This document shows, in pieces, positions 1 to 9,020 of a stretch of 60,745 nucleotides of DNA. The DNA is from Nitrospirota bacterium. GTDB lineage: Bacteria; Nitrospirota; Thermodesulfovibrionia; Thermodesulfovibrionales; UBA1546. A program made the translations under genes and the position numbers. The stretch covers positions 1 through 60,745 of the forward strand of contig WPIF01000017.1 in NCBI GenBank assembly GCA_009773185.1, given 5' to 3'. Numbering within the stretch: the first letter of the stretch is position 1; each line of letters starts with the position of its first letter. The notes under the pieces were generated by a model. That model had not been told where the DNA came from. It did no database searches and was given only the letters and a program-made list of their open reading frames with translations.

Positions 1-279
1 TAATCAAATACGTGAAATGGCAGGAAAGCCAGGATTCAGGTCAAGCGAAGCTTGTTCTGTGAAAAAGTGCCACGGGCTTGCCCGTGGGTATCTACATTTG
101 CCTGTAAAATCCCCTGTAAAATCCCTGTGACAATACCGTCATGACAAATTTAAACTTGAGGTGCGTTTTGAGAGTTATTAAAAGTCAATAATCCCTTTTG
201 GGTGATTGACCGACTCAAAAACTTTCTGCTATAGTTCCGTAACTAGTTAATAACTGGTTATGTTTGAAAGGAGATTCTT

Positions 280-693
280 ATGCAAAAATCTTTTGGTATG
301 TTTCTTCTATTATTCATCACTGGTTGTGCGCCTGTAATGCTCACCCCGCAAGGTGTACAGACTGCCGCAATGCGTGCTGATACAGCCCAGGCCCTTCCTG
401 GGCACCCTTTTGATAGTTGTAAAACAATCTCACACCTTGCGACAGAATATACGTATGGCTGCCGCTCAGTAGAAGATTTGGGCGTTGATCTTCGTAACAA
501 AGCAGGTGTATCAGGGGCGAATCTGGTAGTTATTACTAATTTAGTCGATCCTGGACATGCCTGCTATCATCAAGCTGTGGGCATAGCCATTTTTTGCAAT
601 CAGGAAACACTCAAAGCCGCCGGAATCACGCCAGACAATCTAACCCCTGGCATTACGGCAGTTGGACCTATTCAAGGTTTATTCGGGCATTAA
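280..693 (+). CDS. putative lipoprotein, function unknown
   Basis: 137-aa ORF. The N-terminus MQKSFGMFLLLFITGCA looks like a signal peptide with a lipobox Cys. A GGAG RBS lies upstream. No recognisable catalytic motif. Confidence 0.45.
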   Translation: MQKSFGMFLLLFITGCAPVMLTPQGVQTAAMRADTAQALPGHPFDSCKTISHLATEYTYGCRSVEDLGVDLRNKAGVSGANLVVITNLVDPGHACYHQAVGIAIFCNQETLKAAGITPDNLTPGITAVGPIQGLFGH

Positions 694-726
694 GATTCTT
701 TGCTTTTTTCATAAGGAGATACCTCC

Positions 727-948
727 ATGTCAAATATTGTGAAGTTTCCGCATTGGATTAAAAGCATCACAGATACTTTTGATAATGGCATAAAGACTAT
801 CGGAACCGATAGGACATTTCTAAATTGGCTTGACACTAAAAAGGGGGAAGACTTGAATTTCTTAATACTAAGGATGTATCCTGTTGAAGCTAGTAAAAAA
901 GTAAGACAAAGGATAATAAGTATTGGGAAAGAGAGAAAAATTAATTGA
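727..948 (+). CDS. small hypothetical protein
   Basis: 73-aa ORF with a GGAGAT RBS at 714-719. Its 3' end overlaps the hicA-like start. No recognisable domain. Confidence 0.3.
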   Translation: MSNIVKFPHWIKSITDTFDNGIKTIGTDRTFLNWLDTKKGEDLNFLILRMYPVEASKKVRQRIISIGKERKIN

Positions 949-1156
949 TAAGATTAAAACAAATCCCAAACATGTAAGGTTTGAAGATTTGATAAAGGTA
1001 TTAAAAGACGGGGGGTATGATATAATAAATATTAAAGGGAGCCATTATTCTTTTTCTAATGGTGAAACGACTTTAACCATTGTGAGACCACATGGCAGTA
1101 ATAAGTTTTGTCATGTGCATGACGTAAAGGCGGTGATAAGGCTATGCTTACAATAG
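923..1156 (+). CDS. hicA: HicA-family toxin (YcfA-like mRNA interferase)
   Basis: 77 aa. The core '...IKGSHYSFSNGETTLTIVRPHG...' matches the HicA KGSHxxF...G...T.VP.H signature. It overlaps the downstream partner. Confidence 0.7.
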   Translation: MGKREKLIDKIKTNPKHVRFEDLIKVLKDGGYDIINIKGSHYSFSNGETTLTIVRPHGSNKFCHVHDVKAVIRLCLQ

Positions 1157-1368
1157 AAGACTATGAGATAGTAATATTTCCTTCATCAGACAAAGATGAA
1201 CACTGGCTTTATGTGAGATTTCCCGACATCCCTGAAATCCTTACAGGGGGAAGCACTATAGATGAAGCAATCAAGAACGCTAAAGAAGCTTTCGCTTGTC
1301 ACATGGAAGCGCTACAAAAGCAGGGTAAAAAACTGCCCTTGCCTTCAGTCAAAAAGGTCTATGCCTAA
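1144..1368 (+). CDS. hicB: HicB-family antitoxin (UPF0150)
   Basis: 74 aa. 'YEIVIFPSSDKDEHWLYVRFPDIPEILTGGSTIDEAIKNAKEAF' is typical of the HicB/UPF0150 N-terminal domain. It overlaps hicA by 13 nt. Confidence 0.65.
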   Translation: MLTIEDYEIVIFPSSDKDEHWLYVRFPDIPEILTGGSTIDEAIKNAKEAFACHMEALQKQGKKLPLPSVKKVYA

Positions 1369-1576
1369 GACCGGGGTATGGTAAAGGCACACCTTTAAAA
1401 TTCATTTGACAAAAAAGCCACTCAGTAGTCTATATCCATAACATCTCTTGCACTTACTGCGGAAAAGAAAATTTTGTCACCACCTCTTTCTGCACAACCT
1501 GCTGGCAGAGGTTGAAGTGAGCGGGTTCGATTTCTTGGATTTAAGTCGCAATATTTCACACCTTTTTCCCTTCTGC

Positions 1577-1606
1577 TTGACAACCCGCAAACTAAAATTA
1601 TACAAT
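1577..1606 (+). promoter_or_regulatory. sigma70-type promoter (TTGACA-18 nt-TACAAT) for the Ehr-type operon
   Basis: TTGACA at 1577-1582, an 18-nt spacer, then TACAAT at 1601-1606, about 40 nt upstream of the 1647 ATG. Confidence 0.5.
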
Positions 1607-1646
1607 CAAGACCAATTTTGGACAAAACTGGACAAAAAAGGACAAG

Positions 1647-2339
1647 ATGAACCTTCGTGTTAAGGATGTTGCCGGTCTGCTGAGCATATCACAGAAGACC
1701 ATATACAGGATGATAAAGAATGAGACTATCCCGTGTTTCAGGGTTGGCGGCCAGTGGCGTTTCGACAGGGGCGAGATTGTTTCATGGATAGAAGATACAA
1801 GGGATATCCCATTCCATGCATCAACAAGGAAATCTTCTTTTGTTGATGAAGAGTCAATATCCGTATCGGAATTCCTCAGGCGTGGGGGCATTTACTATAA
1901 TGTCGCTGCTAATACTAAAGAAGATGCCATATCATTTTGCCTTGCTCTCATCAAGGAAGAAGTTCCTCAAATGGATATAAGAAGGCTGTTTAGCGCCATC
2001 ATGGAAAGGGAGAAGTTATGTTCCACTGCTGTCGGGCACGGAACCGCATTCCCTCACCCGATGCCCTTCAAAGAGTTTGCATCAAGGTTTTCTTCCATTG
2101 CGCTTTGTTATCTTGACAAACCCATACCTTTTGGCGCCCTGGACAATGAGGATGTTAATACGCTTTTTTTTATATTTCCAAGAAATGAGAGGCGTTATTT
2201 GAGGATACTCGCCAAGCTCTCAAGGCTATTGAAGGATGAAGAGGTCATAGCTGCCGTGAAAAACTTCTCTCCTGCGGATAATCTCTATGAGGTCTTTGCG
2301 CGCAGGGAGACCGAGATATTCAGGGTGGCAGAAAAGTGA
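1647..2339 (+). CDS. HTH (MerR/excisionase-type) DNA-binding domain fused to a PTS EIIA-2-like domain, putative regulator
   Basis: N-terminal 'LRVKDVAGLLSISQKTIYRMIKNETIPCFRVGGQWRFDRGEIVSWIE' is an excisionase-family HTH. C-terminal 'AVGHGTAFPHP' is a PTS_EIIA_2 phospho-His region. Its stop overlaps the next start (GTGA). Confidence 0.6.
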   Translation: MNLRVKDVAGLLSISQKTIYRMIKNETIPCFRVGGQWRFDRGEIVSWIEDTRDIPFHASTRKSSFVDEESISVSEFLRRGGIYYNVAANTKEDAISFCLALIKEEVPQMDIRRLFSAIMEREKLCSTAVGHGTAFPHPMPFKEFASRFSSIALCYLDKPIPFGALDNEDVNTLFFIFPRNERRYLRILAKLSRLLKDEEVIAAVKNFSPADNLYEVFARRETEIFRVAEK

Positions 2340-4381
2340 TTTTATCGCCTATAGATATTGCATTGTCTTCAATTCTTCTGCTTTTCCTTATCGCGGTATT
2401 GGCTTTTTTATTTAACCGCTACCAGAAATTTTTAATTACTATCAGTTTTTCCATGACAACAATAGCTTCACTCCTTATGGTTGCGGCCGGAGGCTGGACT
2501 GTTGGGAAAGGCATTACCAATCAGATTATCCTGCCCATAGGCCTTCCTGACCTTCTGTTTCATCTCAGGCTGGACCCGTTGTCAGGTTTTTTTCTTACGG
2601 TAATCGGCCTGCTGGCTTTTTTTGTATCCATTTATTCTCTCGGATATGTAAAAGGATTTTTGGGACAGAGGTCAGTAACAAGCCTTATTATATTTTATTG
2701 CCTGTTTATTGCCGGGATGTTTATGGTGGTTCTTGCGGACGACGCCTTGTTTTTCCTTATCTCGTGGGAAGTGATGGCTGCAGCTTCATATTTTCTGGTT
2801 ATGTTTGAGGATGAAAAAATTGAAAACAGAAGGGCGGCCTTTCTTTATATGATAGTCGCCCATGTCGGAGCTATTGCAATACTTCTGTCGTTCGGTGTTA
2901 TGGCGGGTCTTACAACCGGCTTTCAAGGTTTTAGCGGATATACATTTGATGCAATGCGTGCGACAAGATTTCCCCTGGGATGGGCAACTGCTGCTTTTCT
3001 GCTTTCATTTTTCGGTTTTGCTGCAAAGGCCGGGGTAATCCCTTTGCATGTCTGGCTGCCCGAGGCGCATCCTGTTGCCCCGTCAAATGTATCTGCCTTG
3101 ATGAGCGGTGTAATGCTGAAGACCGCAATATACGGGATAGTCAGGATAACTTTTGACCTTATTAAGGTCTTTCCATGGTGGTGGGGAGCTATAGTTTTGG
3201 TATTCGGGCTGGTGTCTGCTGTCCTGGGCGTTCTTTATGCCTTAATGCAGCATGACTTAAAAAGGCTTCTTGCGTATCACTCTGTAGAGAATATAGGCAT
3301 AATACTTATAGGCATCGGGCTTGCAATGATATTCACATCTTTTCAGATGCCATTGTTGGCTGCCCTGGCCCTTACAGCAGGACTTTTTCATACCATGAAC
3401 CACGCCATGTTCAAAGGGCTTCTCTTTATGGGTGCAGGCGCTGTGCTTCATGCAACGCATGAACGTAATATGGAAGAGATGGGCGGCCTTATCCACAAGA
3501 TGCCATGGACTGCTGCTTTTTTTCTTGTCGGCTGTATTTCCATTTCGGCCTTGCCTCCATTTAACGGGTTTATATCAGAGTGGCTAACTTTCCAGGCTTT
3601 TTTACTTTCGCCGTCTTTACCAAACCCGTTGCTGAACCTGCTGATCCCTATGGGAGCAGCGCTTCTCGCGCTGACAGGCGCTCTGGCTGCTGCCTGTTTT
3701 GTAAAGGCATTCGGTGTAACATTTTTAGGCCACTGGCGCGGCCATCATAACCCTAATATCCATGAGGCAGACTGGCCCATGCGTACAGGGATGATGTTTG
3801 CTGCCTTAACATGCCTTGGCCTTGGAGTTTTGCCAACCCTGTTTATTGAGTGGATGGACGTGATATCCGAACAGCTGGTAGGCGCCAAGATTGCAACCTC
3901 AGCAACAGGACTCGGTTGGATGTGGCTTACCCCGATTGCGCACGAAAGGGCCTCTTACTCAGGCCCGATAGTTTTCCTGTTCATAATGGCAGTTGTGGTT
4001 CTGGCTTATATCTTTCTGCATGTGCGTCCTGCTGCCATACAAAGGGTGCCGATATGGGACTGCGGGTTTGAAAAGATAAATCAGAGGATGCAATATAATG
4101 CCACATCTTTTTCAATGCCGATACGCAGGATATTCGGTTTTTTCTTCAGCATAAAAGAACAAGTGAGGATGGGTTCCCATTATGGACATAAGGCCTTTCC
4201 AAAAAAGTTGCATTATCACCTCAGAATAAGAGACCTTTTCTGGGGCTGGCTGTATAAGCCTGTAATCGAAGTGAGTTTCTGGGTATCGCGGAAGGTCGGC
4301 AAGCTCCAGCAGGGACGAATACAGGTTTACCTTATATATTCTTTTGTGACTATCATTGTACTTCTGGTATTTCAGGGATGA
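2336..4381 (+). CDS. HyfB-like proton-conducting membrane subunit (NuoL/MnhA family antiporter module)
   Basis: 681 aa (E. coli HyfB is 672 aa), polytopic. Has the 'WLPEAHPVAPSNVSALMSG' motif typical of NuoL/M/N. Confidence 0.8.
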   Translation: MILSPIDIALSSILLLFLIAVLAFLFNRYQKFLITISFSMTTIASLLMVAAGGWTVGKGITNQIILPIGLPDLLFHLRLDPLSGFFLTVIGLLAFFVSIYSLGYVKGFLGQRSVTSLIIFYCLFIAGMFMVVLADDALFFLISWEVMAAASYFLVMFEDEKIENRRAAFLYMIVAHVGAIAILLSFGVMAGLTTGFQGFSGYTFDAMRATRFPLGWATAAFLLSFFGFAAKAGVIPLHVWLPEAHPVAPSNVSALMSGVMLKTAIYGIVRITFDLIKVFPWWWGAIVLVFGLVSAVLGVLYALMQHDLKRLLAYHSVENIGIILIGIGLAMIFTSFQMPLLAALALTAGLFHTMNHAMFKGLLFMGAGAVLHATHERNMEEMGGLIHKMPWTAAFFLVGCISISALPPFNGFISEWLTFQAFLLSPSLPNPLLNLLIPMGAALLALTGALAAACFVKAFGVTFLGHWRGHHNPNIHEADWPMRTGMMFAALTCLGLGVLPTLFIEWMDVISEQLVGAKIATSATGLGWMWLTPIAHERASYSGPIVFLFIMAVVVLAYIFLHVRPAAIQRVPIWDCGFEKINQRMQYNATSFSMPIRRIFGFFFSIKEQVRMGSHYGHKAFPKKLHYHLRIRDLFWGWLYKPVIEVSFWVSRKVGKLQQGRIQVYLIYSFVTIIVLLVFQG

Positions 4382-5322
4382 TATTGTATCCATTCATAAT
4401 AGAGATTTTGCAGCTGCTGATTATCCTTGCGCTAGCGCCTGTATTTGCGGGGTGGATAAAGATGCTGAAGTGCTGGTCGCAGGGGCGTACATCTCCGGGG
4501 CTTTTTCAGCCTTACAGGGACATCATAAAGCTTTTTTCAAAAGATGTGGTGATTGCCGGGAACGCATCATGGATATTCCGTTTTACCCCGTATCTTGTCT
4601 TTGGAGTTGCTGTTCTTGCAGGAGGAATCGTGCCTATGCTGTCTGTGGACCTGCCTCTGGCTGCTACAGCAGACGTAATTGCATTAGTGGCGCTCTTTGC
4701 AATAGCAAGATTTTTTACTGCTTTGGCCGGAATGGATATCGGTACGGCATTTGGAGGCATGGGGTCAAGCCGTGAGATGACAATCGCATCCCTGGCTGAA
4801 CCTGCAATGCTTATGGCTATATTCACCGTATCTCTGGCAAGCAAGTCTACATCGCTTTCAGAGATGGTTCAGGTAATTTACAGCGGGCTGTCTGTTTTCA
4901 GGCCGTCCCTTGCATTCGCCTTGCTTGCGTTTATCCTTATTACCCTTGCCGAGACCGGAAGGATACCTGTGGATAATCCGGCAACGCATCTTGAGCTTAC
5001 AATGATACATGAGGCGATGATACTGGAATATTCAGGAAGGCATCTGGCCCTCCTTGAATGGGCGGGTATGATGAAACTATTCCTTTTTGTGATGCTGGGG
5101 GTAGCTGTTTTTGCGCCGTGGGGCATTGAAGCATCCGGTGATTTTGCAGCAATACCGGCAGCGTTTCTTTTTATGATATTGAAGCTTGCGGCAGCAGGAG
5201 CCGGACTTGTATTGATAGAAACAGGCCTGGCAAAGATGCGGCTGTTCCGTTTAACTGAATTCCTCGGGTCTGCCTTTTTACTGGCAACCCTTGGAATGTT
5301 ATCTTATTTTATTCTGGAGTGA
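4378..5322 (+). CDS. HyfC/HycD-like membrane subunit (NuoH family)
   Basis: 314 aa (HyfC is 315 aa), multi-TM. Follows hyfB with a 4-nt overlap. Confidence 0.75.
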   Translation: MILYPFIIEILQLLIILALAPVFAGWIKMLKCWSQGRTSPGLFQPYRDIIKLFSKDVVIAGNASWIFRFTPYLVFGVAVLAGGIVPMLSVDLPLAATADVIALVALFAIARFFTALAGMDIGTAFGGMGSSREMTIASLAEPAMLMAIFTVSLASKSTSLSEMVQVIYSGLSVFRPSLAFALLAFILITLAETGRIPVDNPATHLELTMIHEAMILEYSGRHLALLEWAGMMKLFLFVMLGVAVFAPWGIEASGDFAAIPAAFLFMILKLAAAGAGLVLIETGLAKMRLFRLTEFLGSAFLLATLGMLSYFILE

Positions 5323-5323
5323 A

Positions 5324-5989
5324 ATGCATACGAACCTGGCAGCGCAGATAAACAGTTTTCTTGCAGCAATGGTACTCCTGACAGCATTTGGCATGCTGGT
5401 GCAGAGAAGGATGTACGGGCTTATACACCTGTTTGCATGGCAGGGGCTTTTTCTTTCCATAAGCACCGCCATAGTCGGTTTTGTTGCCGGAGCGCATCAT
5501 CTTTATATATCTTCCATACTGACACTGTCTTTGAAAGTTATTCTTCTTCCGTATATCCTGCATGTCCTTATCCAGCGGCTGAAAATACACAAAGAGGTGG
5601 AAACTATTGTAAATGTACCCATGACAATGCTGATAGGCATAGCCCTTGTTATTTTCTCGTACCACCTGACCGCGCCTGTCAGGGAGCTGTCAACACTTAT
5701 GACCCGCTCAACCCTTGCCGTTGCCCTTGCCACTGTTATGCTCGGGCTTTTAATGATGATTACAAGGAAACATGCTGTTACTCAGATAATAGGGTTTCTT
5801 GCTATGGAGAACGGACTTTTTTTTGCAGCTACAAGCGCAACTTACGGTATGCCGCTTGTAGTAGAGCTTGGCGTTGCGCTTGACATACTCATTGCCGCAT
5901 TCATATTCGGCATATTCTTTTTCCATATTCACAAAACATTTGACAGCCTTGACGTGGACCAGATGGCAAGATTGAAGGAAGGGGATTAG
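5324..5989 (+). CDS. HyfE-like small membrane subunit
   Basis: About 221 aa from ATG 5324 (the longer ORF from 5291 overlaps the upstream gene). Polytopic, same size class as HyfE (216 aa), in the hyf-like gene order. Confidence 0.5.
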   Translation: MHTNLAAQINSFLAAMVLLTAFGMLVQRRMYGLIHLFAWQGLFLSISTAIVGFVAGAHHLYISSILTLSLKVILLPYILHVLIQRLKIHKEVETIVNVPMTMLIGIALVIFSYHLTAPVRELSTLMTRSTLAVALATVMLGLLMMITRKHAVTQIIGFLAMENGLFFAATSATYGMPLVVELGVALDILIAAFIFGIFFFHIHKTFDSLDVDQMARLKEGD

Positions 5990-5991
5990 AG

Positions 5992-7440
5992 ATGCCGCTT
6001 TTGATTCTATTGAGCGTGCCATTGTTTGCAGCAATTGTCCTTGCCTTTATCGGTGACAGGAAATATGCGCCTGAAATAAATATCCTGGGTTCTGCTGCCA
6101 CGTTTGCAGCAGGGATAAGCCTTGCATTAGAGGTCTATGCGGAAGGGCCGATGCTTGCAGGAGGAAAGTTTTTCTTTGTTGATGCCTTCAATGTTTATCT
6201 GGCTGTTTTAACCTCATTTGTATCTATGACCACTGCTATTTTCAGCAGGAGATATATGCGAAAGGAAAGGCAGGACGGCCATGTGGGGCCTATCCGCATG
6301 CGCTTTTACCATGCTATGTTCCAGCTTTTTATATTTGCGATGCTTCTCTGTCTTCTTACGAACAATGTCGGTGTCCTGTGGATAGCAATGGAACTGGCTA
6401 CACTGTCTACGGTGTTGCTGGTTTCCCTATACCGCACGCCATCGGCAATCGAAGCTGCCTGGAAGTATTTTATACTCTGCGGCGTTGGAATTGCACTGGC
6501 GCTTTTTGGAACAGTGCTCCTTTACTTTGCAGCAGAAAAAGTGCTGGGTGCAGGAGGCGAGGCCTTGCTCTGGACCAATCTCAGTCAGGTAAGCGGTAAA
6601 CTTGAGCCGACAGTTCTGTCTCTGGCATTCGTATTTCTGATGGTGGGTTACGGTACAAAAGTAGGGCTTGTCCCTGTACACAACTGGCTTCCTGACGCGC
6701 ACAGCGAAGGGCCGACGCCTATCTCGGCTGTACTTTCAGGATTGCTGTTAAATGTTGCACTCTATGCTCTGGTAAGATGCAAGGTGCTTGTGGACGGTTC
6801 TACCGGAACGCATCACGCAGGCGACATAATGATGGGGTTCGGCCTGCTTTCGATTATAGTGGCTGCTTTTTCACTACTGAGGCAGAAGGATATAAAGCGC
6901 ATGTTTGCGTATTCATCAATAGAACACATGGGCATAGCAACCTTTGCCTTTGGCCTTGGCGGCCCCATAGCCACCTTCGGCGCTCTGCTTCATATGCTCG
7001 TACACAGCCTTACCAAGTCGTCCATATTCTTCACAGTAGGCCATGCCTCACAGATGCACTGGACGCAGGAGATGGACAGGATAAAGGGGCTTATTAAGGG
7101 AAACCCTCTGGTAGGGTGGGGGCTTATGTTCGGGGTAATGGCTATTGTCGGTATGCCGCCCTTCGGCGTTTTTACAAGCGAATTTTTGATACTGACCGCA
7201 ACAATGAAGGATGCGCCTTTCTTAACGCCTTTTTTGCTGTTGGGTTTTGCAGTAGCATTTGCAGCATTGTTCAGAAGGGTACAGCCTATGGTTACCGGCC
7301 CTGTGCCTTCGTACCAGCGGCCTCTTAAGGCTGCACATATACCGGTAATGCTGCATATGGCGCTGGTCCTTGTTATCGGAATTTATATGCCTGATTTTCT
7401 TAATCGGTGGTTTCATACAGCGGTGGAGTTGCTGAAATGA
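5992..7440 (+). CDS. HyfF/HyfD-like antiporter-type membrane subunit (NuoM/N family)
   Basis: 482 aa. Has the 'WLPDAHSEGPTPISAVLSG' NuoM/N signature and many TM helices. Confidence 0.75.
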   Translation: MPLLILLSVPLFAAIVLAFIGDRKYAPEINILGSAATFAAGISLALEVYAEGPMLAGGKFFFVDAFNVYLAVLTSFVSMTTAIFSRRYMRKERQDGHVGPIRMRFYHAMFQLFIFAMLLCLLTNNVGVLWIAMELATLSTVLLVSLYRTPSAIEAAWKYFILCGVGIALALFGTVLLYFAAEKVLGAGGEALLWTNLSQVSGKLEPTVLSLAFVFLMVGYGTKVGLVPVHNWLPDAHSEGPTPISAVLSGLLLNVALYALVRCKVLVDGSTGTHHAGDIMMGFGLLSIIVAAFSLLRQKDIKRMFAYSSIEHMGIATFAFGLGGPIATFGALLHMLVHSLTKSSIFFTVGHASQMHWTQEMDRIKGLIKGNPLVGWGLMFGVMAIVGMPPFGVFTSEFLILTATMKDAPFLTPFLLLGFAVAFAALFRRVQPMVTGPVPSYQRPLKAAHIPVMLHMALVLVIGIYMPDFLNRWFHTAVELLK

Positions 7441-9020
7441 GTGTATTGACTGATGCAATAACATCGGCGCTTGGGACTGATATTCAGTTTGACAAAAGGC
7501 AATACCCGTCTTCGGTAATCTGCTGTACTGTGCCGGTAGAAAAGTTTGCAGAAGCTGCCTGGGTATTGAAAAAGAAGGCATTTGCACTTCTTGCTGCTGA
7601 ATGGGCCAGTGATGAGACACCTTTCGGAAGGGGATTCTGTGTCTTTGCCTGCTACCGTTGGGGCAAGGAATACCTGATCGTAAGGTCAGAGTTGCCATCA
7701 GATAATCCTCAGTTCCCAAGCCTTACAAGGAGATATATTCCTGCCTACAGGTTTGAGAGGCAGATACAAAGCCTCATGGGCATTACGCCTGCCGGTCATC
7801 CTGACGCAAGGCCGTGGATAAAATTTGAAGACTGGCCTGCAGGTGCCTGGCCGCTCAGAAAATCCTTTGATGCATCAAAACCCCTGCCGAGGGTTGCGGG
7901 TGAATATGAATGGATTAAGGCAGAGGGCGAAGGAGTCTATGAGATACCGGTGGGGCCTGTTCATGCAGGCATTATCGAGCCGGGCCATTTCCGTTTTCAG
8001 GCAGTTGGCGAGGATATAATTAATCTTGAAGAAAGGCTTGGGTATGTTCATAAAGGTATAGAGAAAAAATTTGAAGCTCTGTCGTGGCAGGACGGAGCAA
8101 GGCTTGCAGGCAGGGTGTCCGGCGATACAACAGTTGCCCACGCTATTGCATATTGCATGGCGCTGGAGACGATGACAGACTGCAATGTGCCTGAGAGGGC
8201 CAATTGGCTCCGTGCAATTTTTCTTGAAAGGGAGCGCATAGCAAACCATCTGGGGGACATAGGAGCTATCTGTAATGATGCTGCATTTGCATTTATGCTT
8301 TACCAGATGTCAAGGCTCAGGGAAATTGTACTTCGCACCAACCATAAACTTTTTGGCCACAGATTTATGATGGATAAGGTTATTCCCGGAGGAGCGGCTG
8401 TTGACATTGATTCAGAAGGTAAAAAAGAAATATTATCAGAACTTGACAGCATATCAAAAGATTTTGAGAAGCTTGTTATTATATACGATGAAAGTCCGTC
8501 TCTTGAAGACAGGGTCAGGGATACAGGTATTCTCCGTCCTGAGTTAGCACGGGAACTCTGTGTTGTCGGAATAGCTGCAAGGGCAAGCGGCCTGAACCTC
8601 GACTGCCGCATATTCAATCCTTTTCCGCCTTATGACCAGTATGACCTCATTGAGCTGGGTGTGCCTGTTCTTATTACCGGCGATGTGCATGCAAGGACAT
8701 GGGTCAGGATCCAGGAGGTAAGGGAATCCATCCGGATTATCCGGTATATGCTTGAAAATCTTCCAGATGGAGAGATAACTTCTTCTTTTACTCCACCGTC
8801 TCCGGACATGTCTGGTTTTGCAGCAGTTGAAGGCTGGCGGGGAGAGATTATTTACTGGCTCCAGGCAGGGCCGAAAGGCGAGATAAACAGGTGCATGGTC
8901 AGGGACCCGTCCAGCGTTAACTGGCTTGGGCTTGAGCAGGCAATACCCGGGAATATAGTTCCTGATTTTCCTTTATGCAATAAAAGTTTTAATCAGTCTT
9001 ATTCAGGGCATGACCTATGA
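7437..9020 (+). CDS. HycE/HyfG-like 'large subunit' (NuoC-like N-domain + NuoD/[NiFe]-LSU-like domain) lacking all four Ni-Fe cysteine ligands
   Basis: Has 'GPVHAGIIEPGHFRF' and 'GYVHKGIEK' signatures. At the N-terminal motif position it reads RVSGDTTVAH instead of R-x-C-G-x-C-x3-H. The C-terminus reads NQSYSGHD instead of DPC-x2-C-x2-H/R. The ATG at 7437 overlaps the upstream stop (ATGA). Confidence 0.8.
   Translation: MSVLTDAITSALGTDIQFDKRQYPSSVICCTVPVEKFAEAAWVLKKKAFALLAAEWASDETPFGRGFCVFACYRWGKEYLIVRSELPSDNPQFPSLTRRYIPAYRFERQIQSLMGITPAGHPDARPWIKFEDWPAGAWPLRKSFDASKPLPRVAGEYEWIKAEGEGVYEIPVGPVHAGIIEPGHFRFQAVGEDIINLEERLGYVHKGIEKKFEALSWQDGARLAGRVSGDTTVAHAIAYCMALETMTDCNVPERANWLRAIFLERERIANHLGDIGAICNDAAFAFMLYQMSRLREIVLRTNHKLFGHRFMMDKVIPGGAAVDIDSEGKKEILSELDSISKDFEKLVIIYDESPSLEDRVRDTGILRPELARELCVVGIAARASGLNLDCRIFNPFPPYDQYDLIELGVPVLITGDVHARTWVRIQEVRESIRIIRYMLENLPDGEITSSFTPPSPDMSGFAAVEGWRGEIIYWLQAGPKGEINRCMVRDPSSVNWLGLEQAIPGNIVPDFPLCNKSFNQSYSGHDL

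Noticed and set aside
258-500. 80-aa minus-strand ORF
   Set aside because: It fully overlaps the better-supported plus-strand lipoprotein ORF (280-693), which has an RBS and a signal peptide.
5309-6101. Several 60-150-aa ORFs on both strands overlapping the hyfE/hyfF-like genes
   Set aside because: They are embedded in frames alternative to long membrane-protein genes that have strong family signatures. Their Cys/His-rich odd composition is typical of out-of-frame translation.
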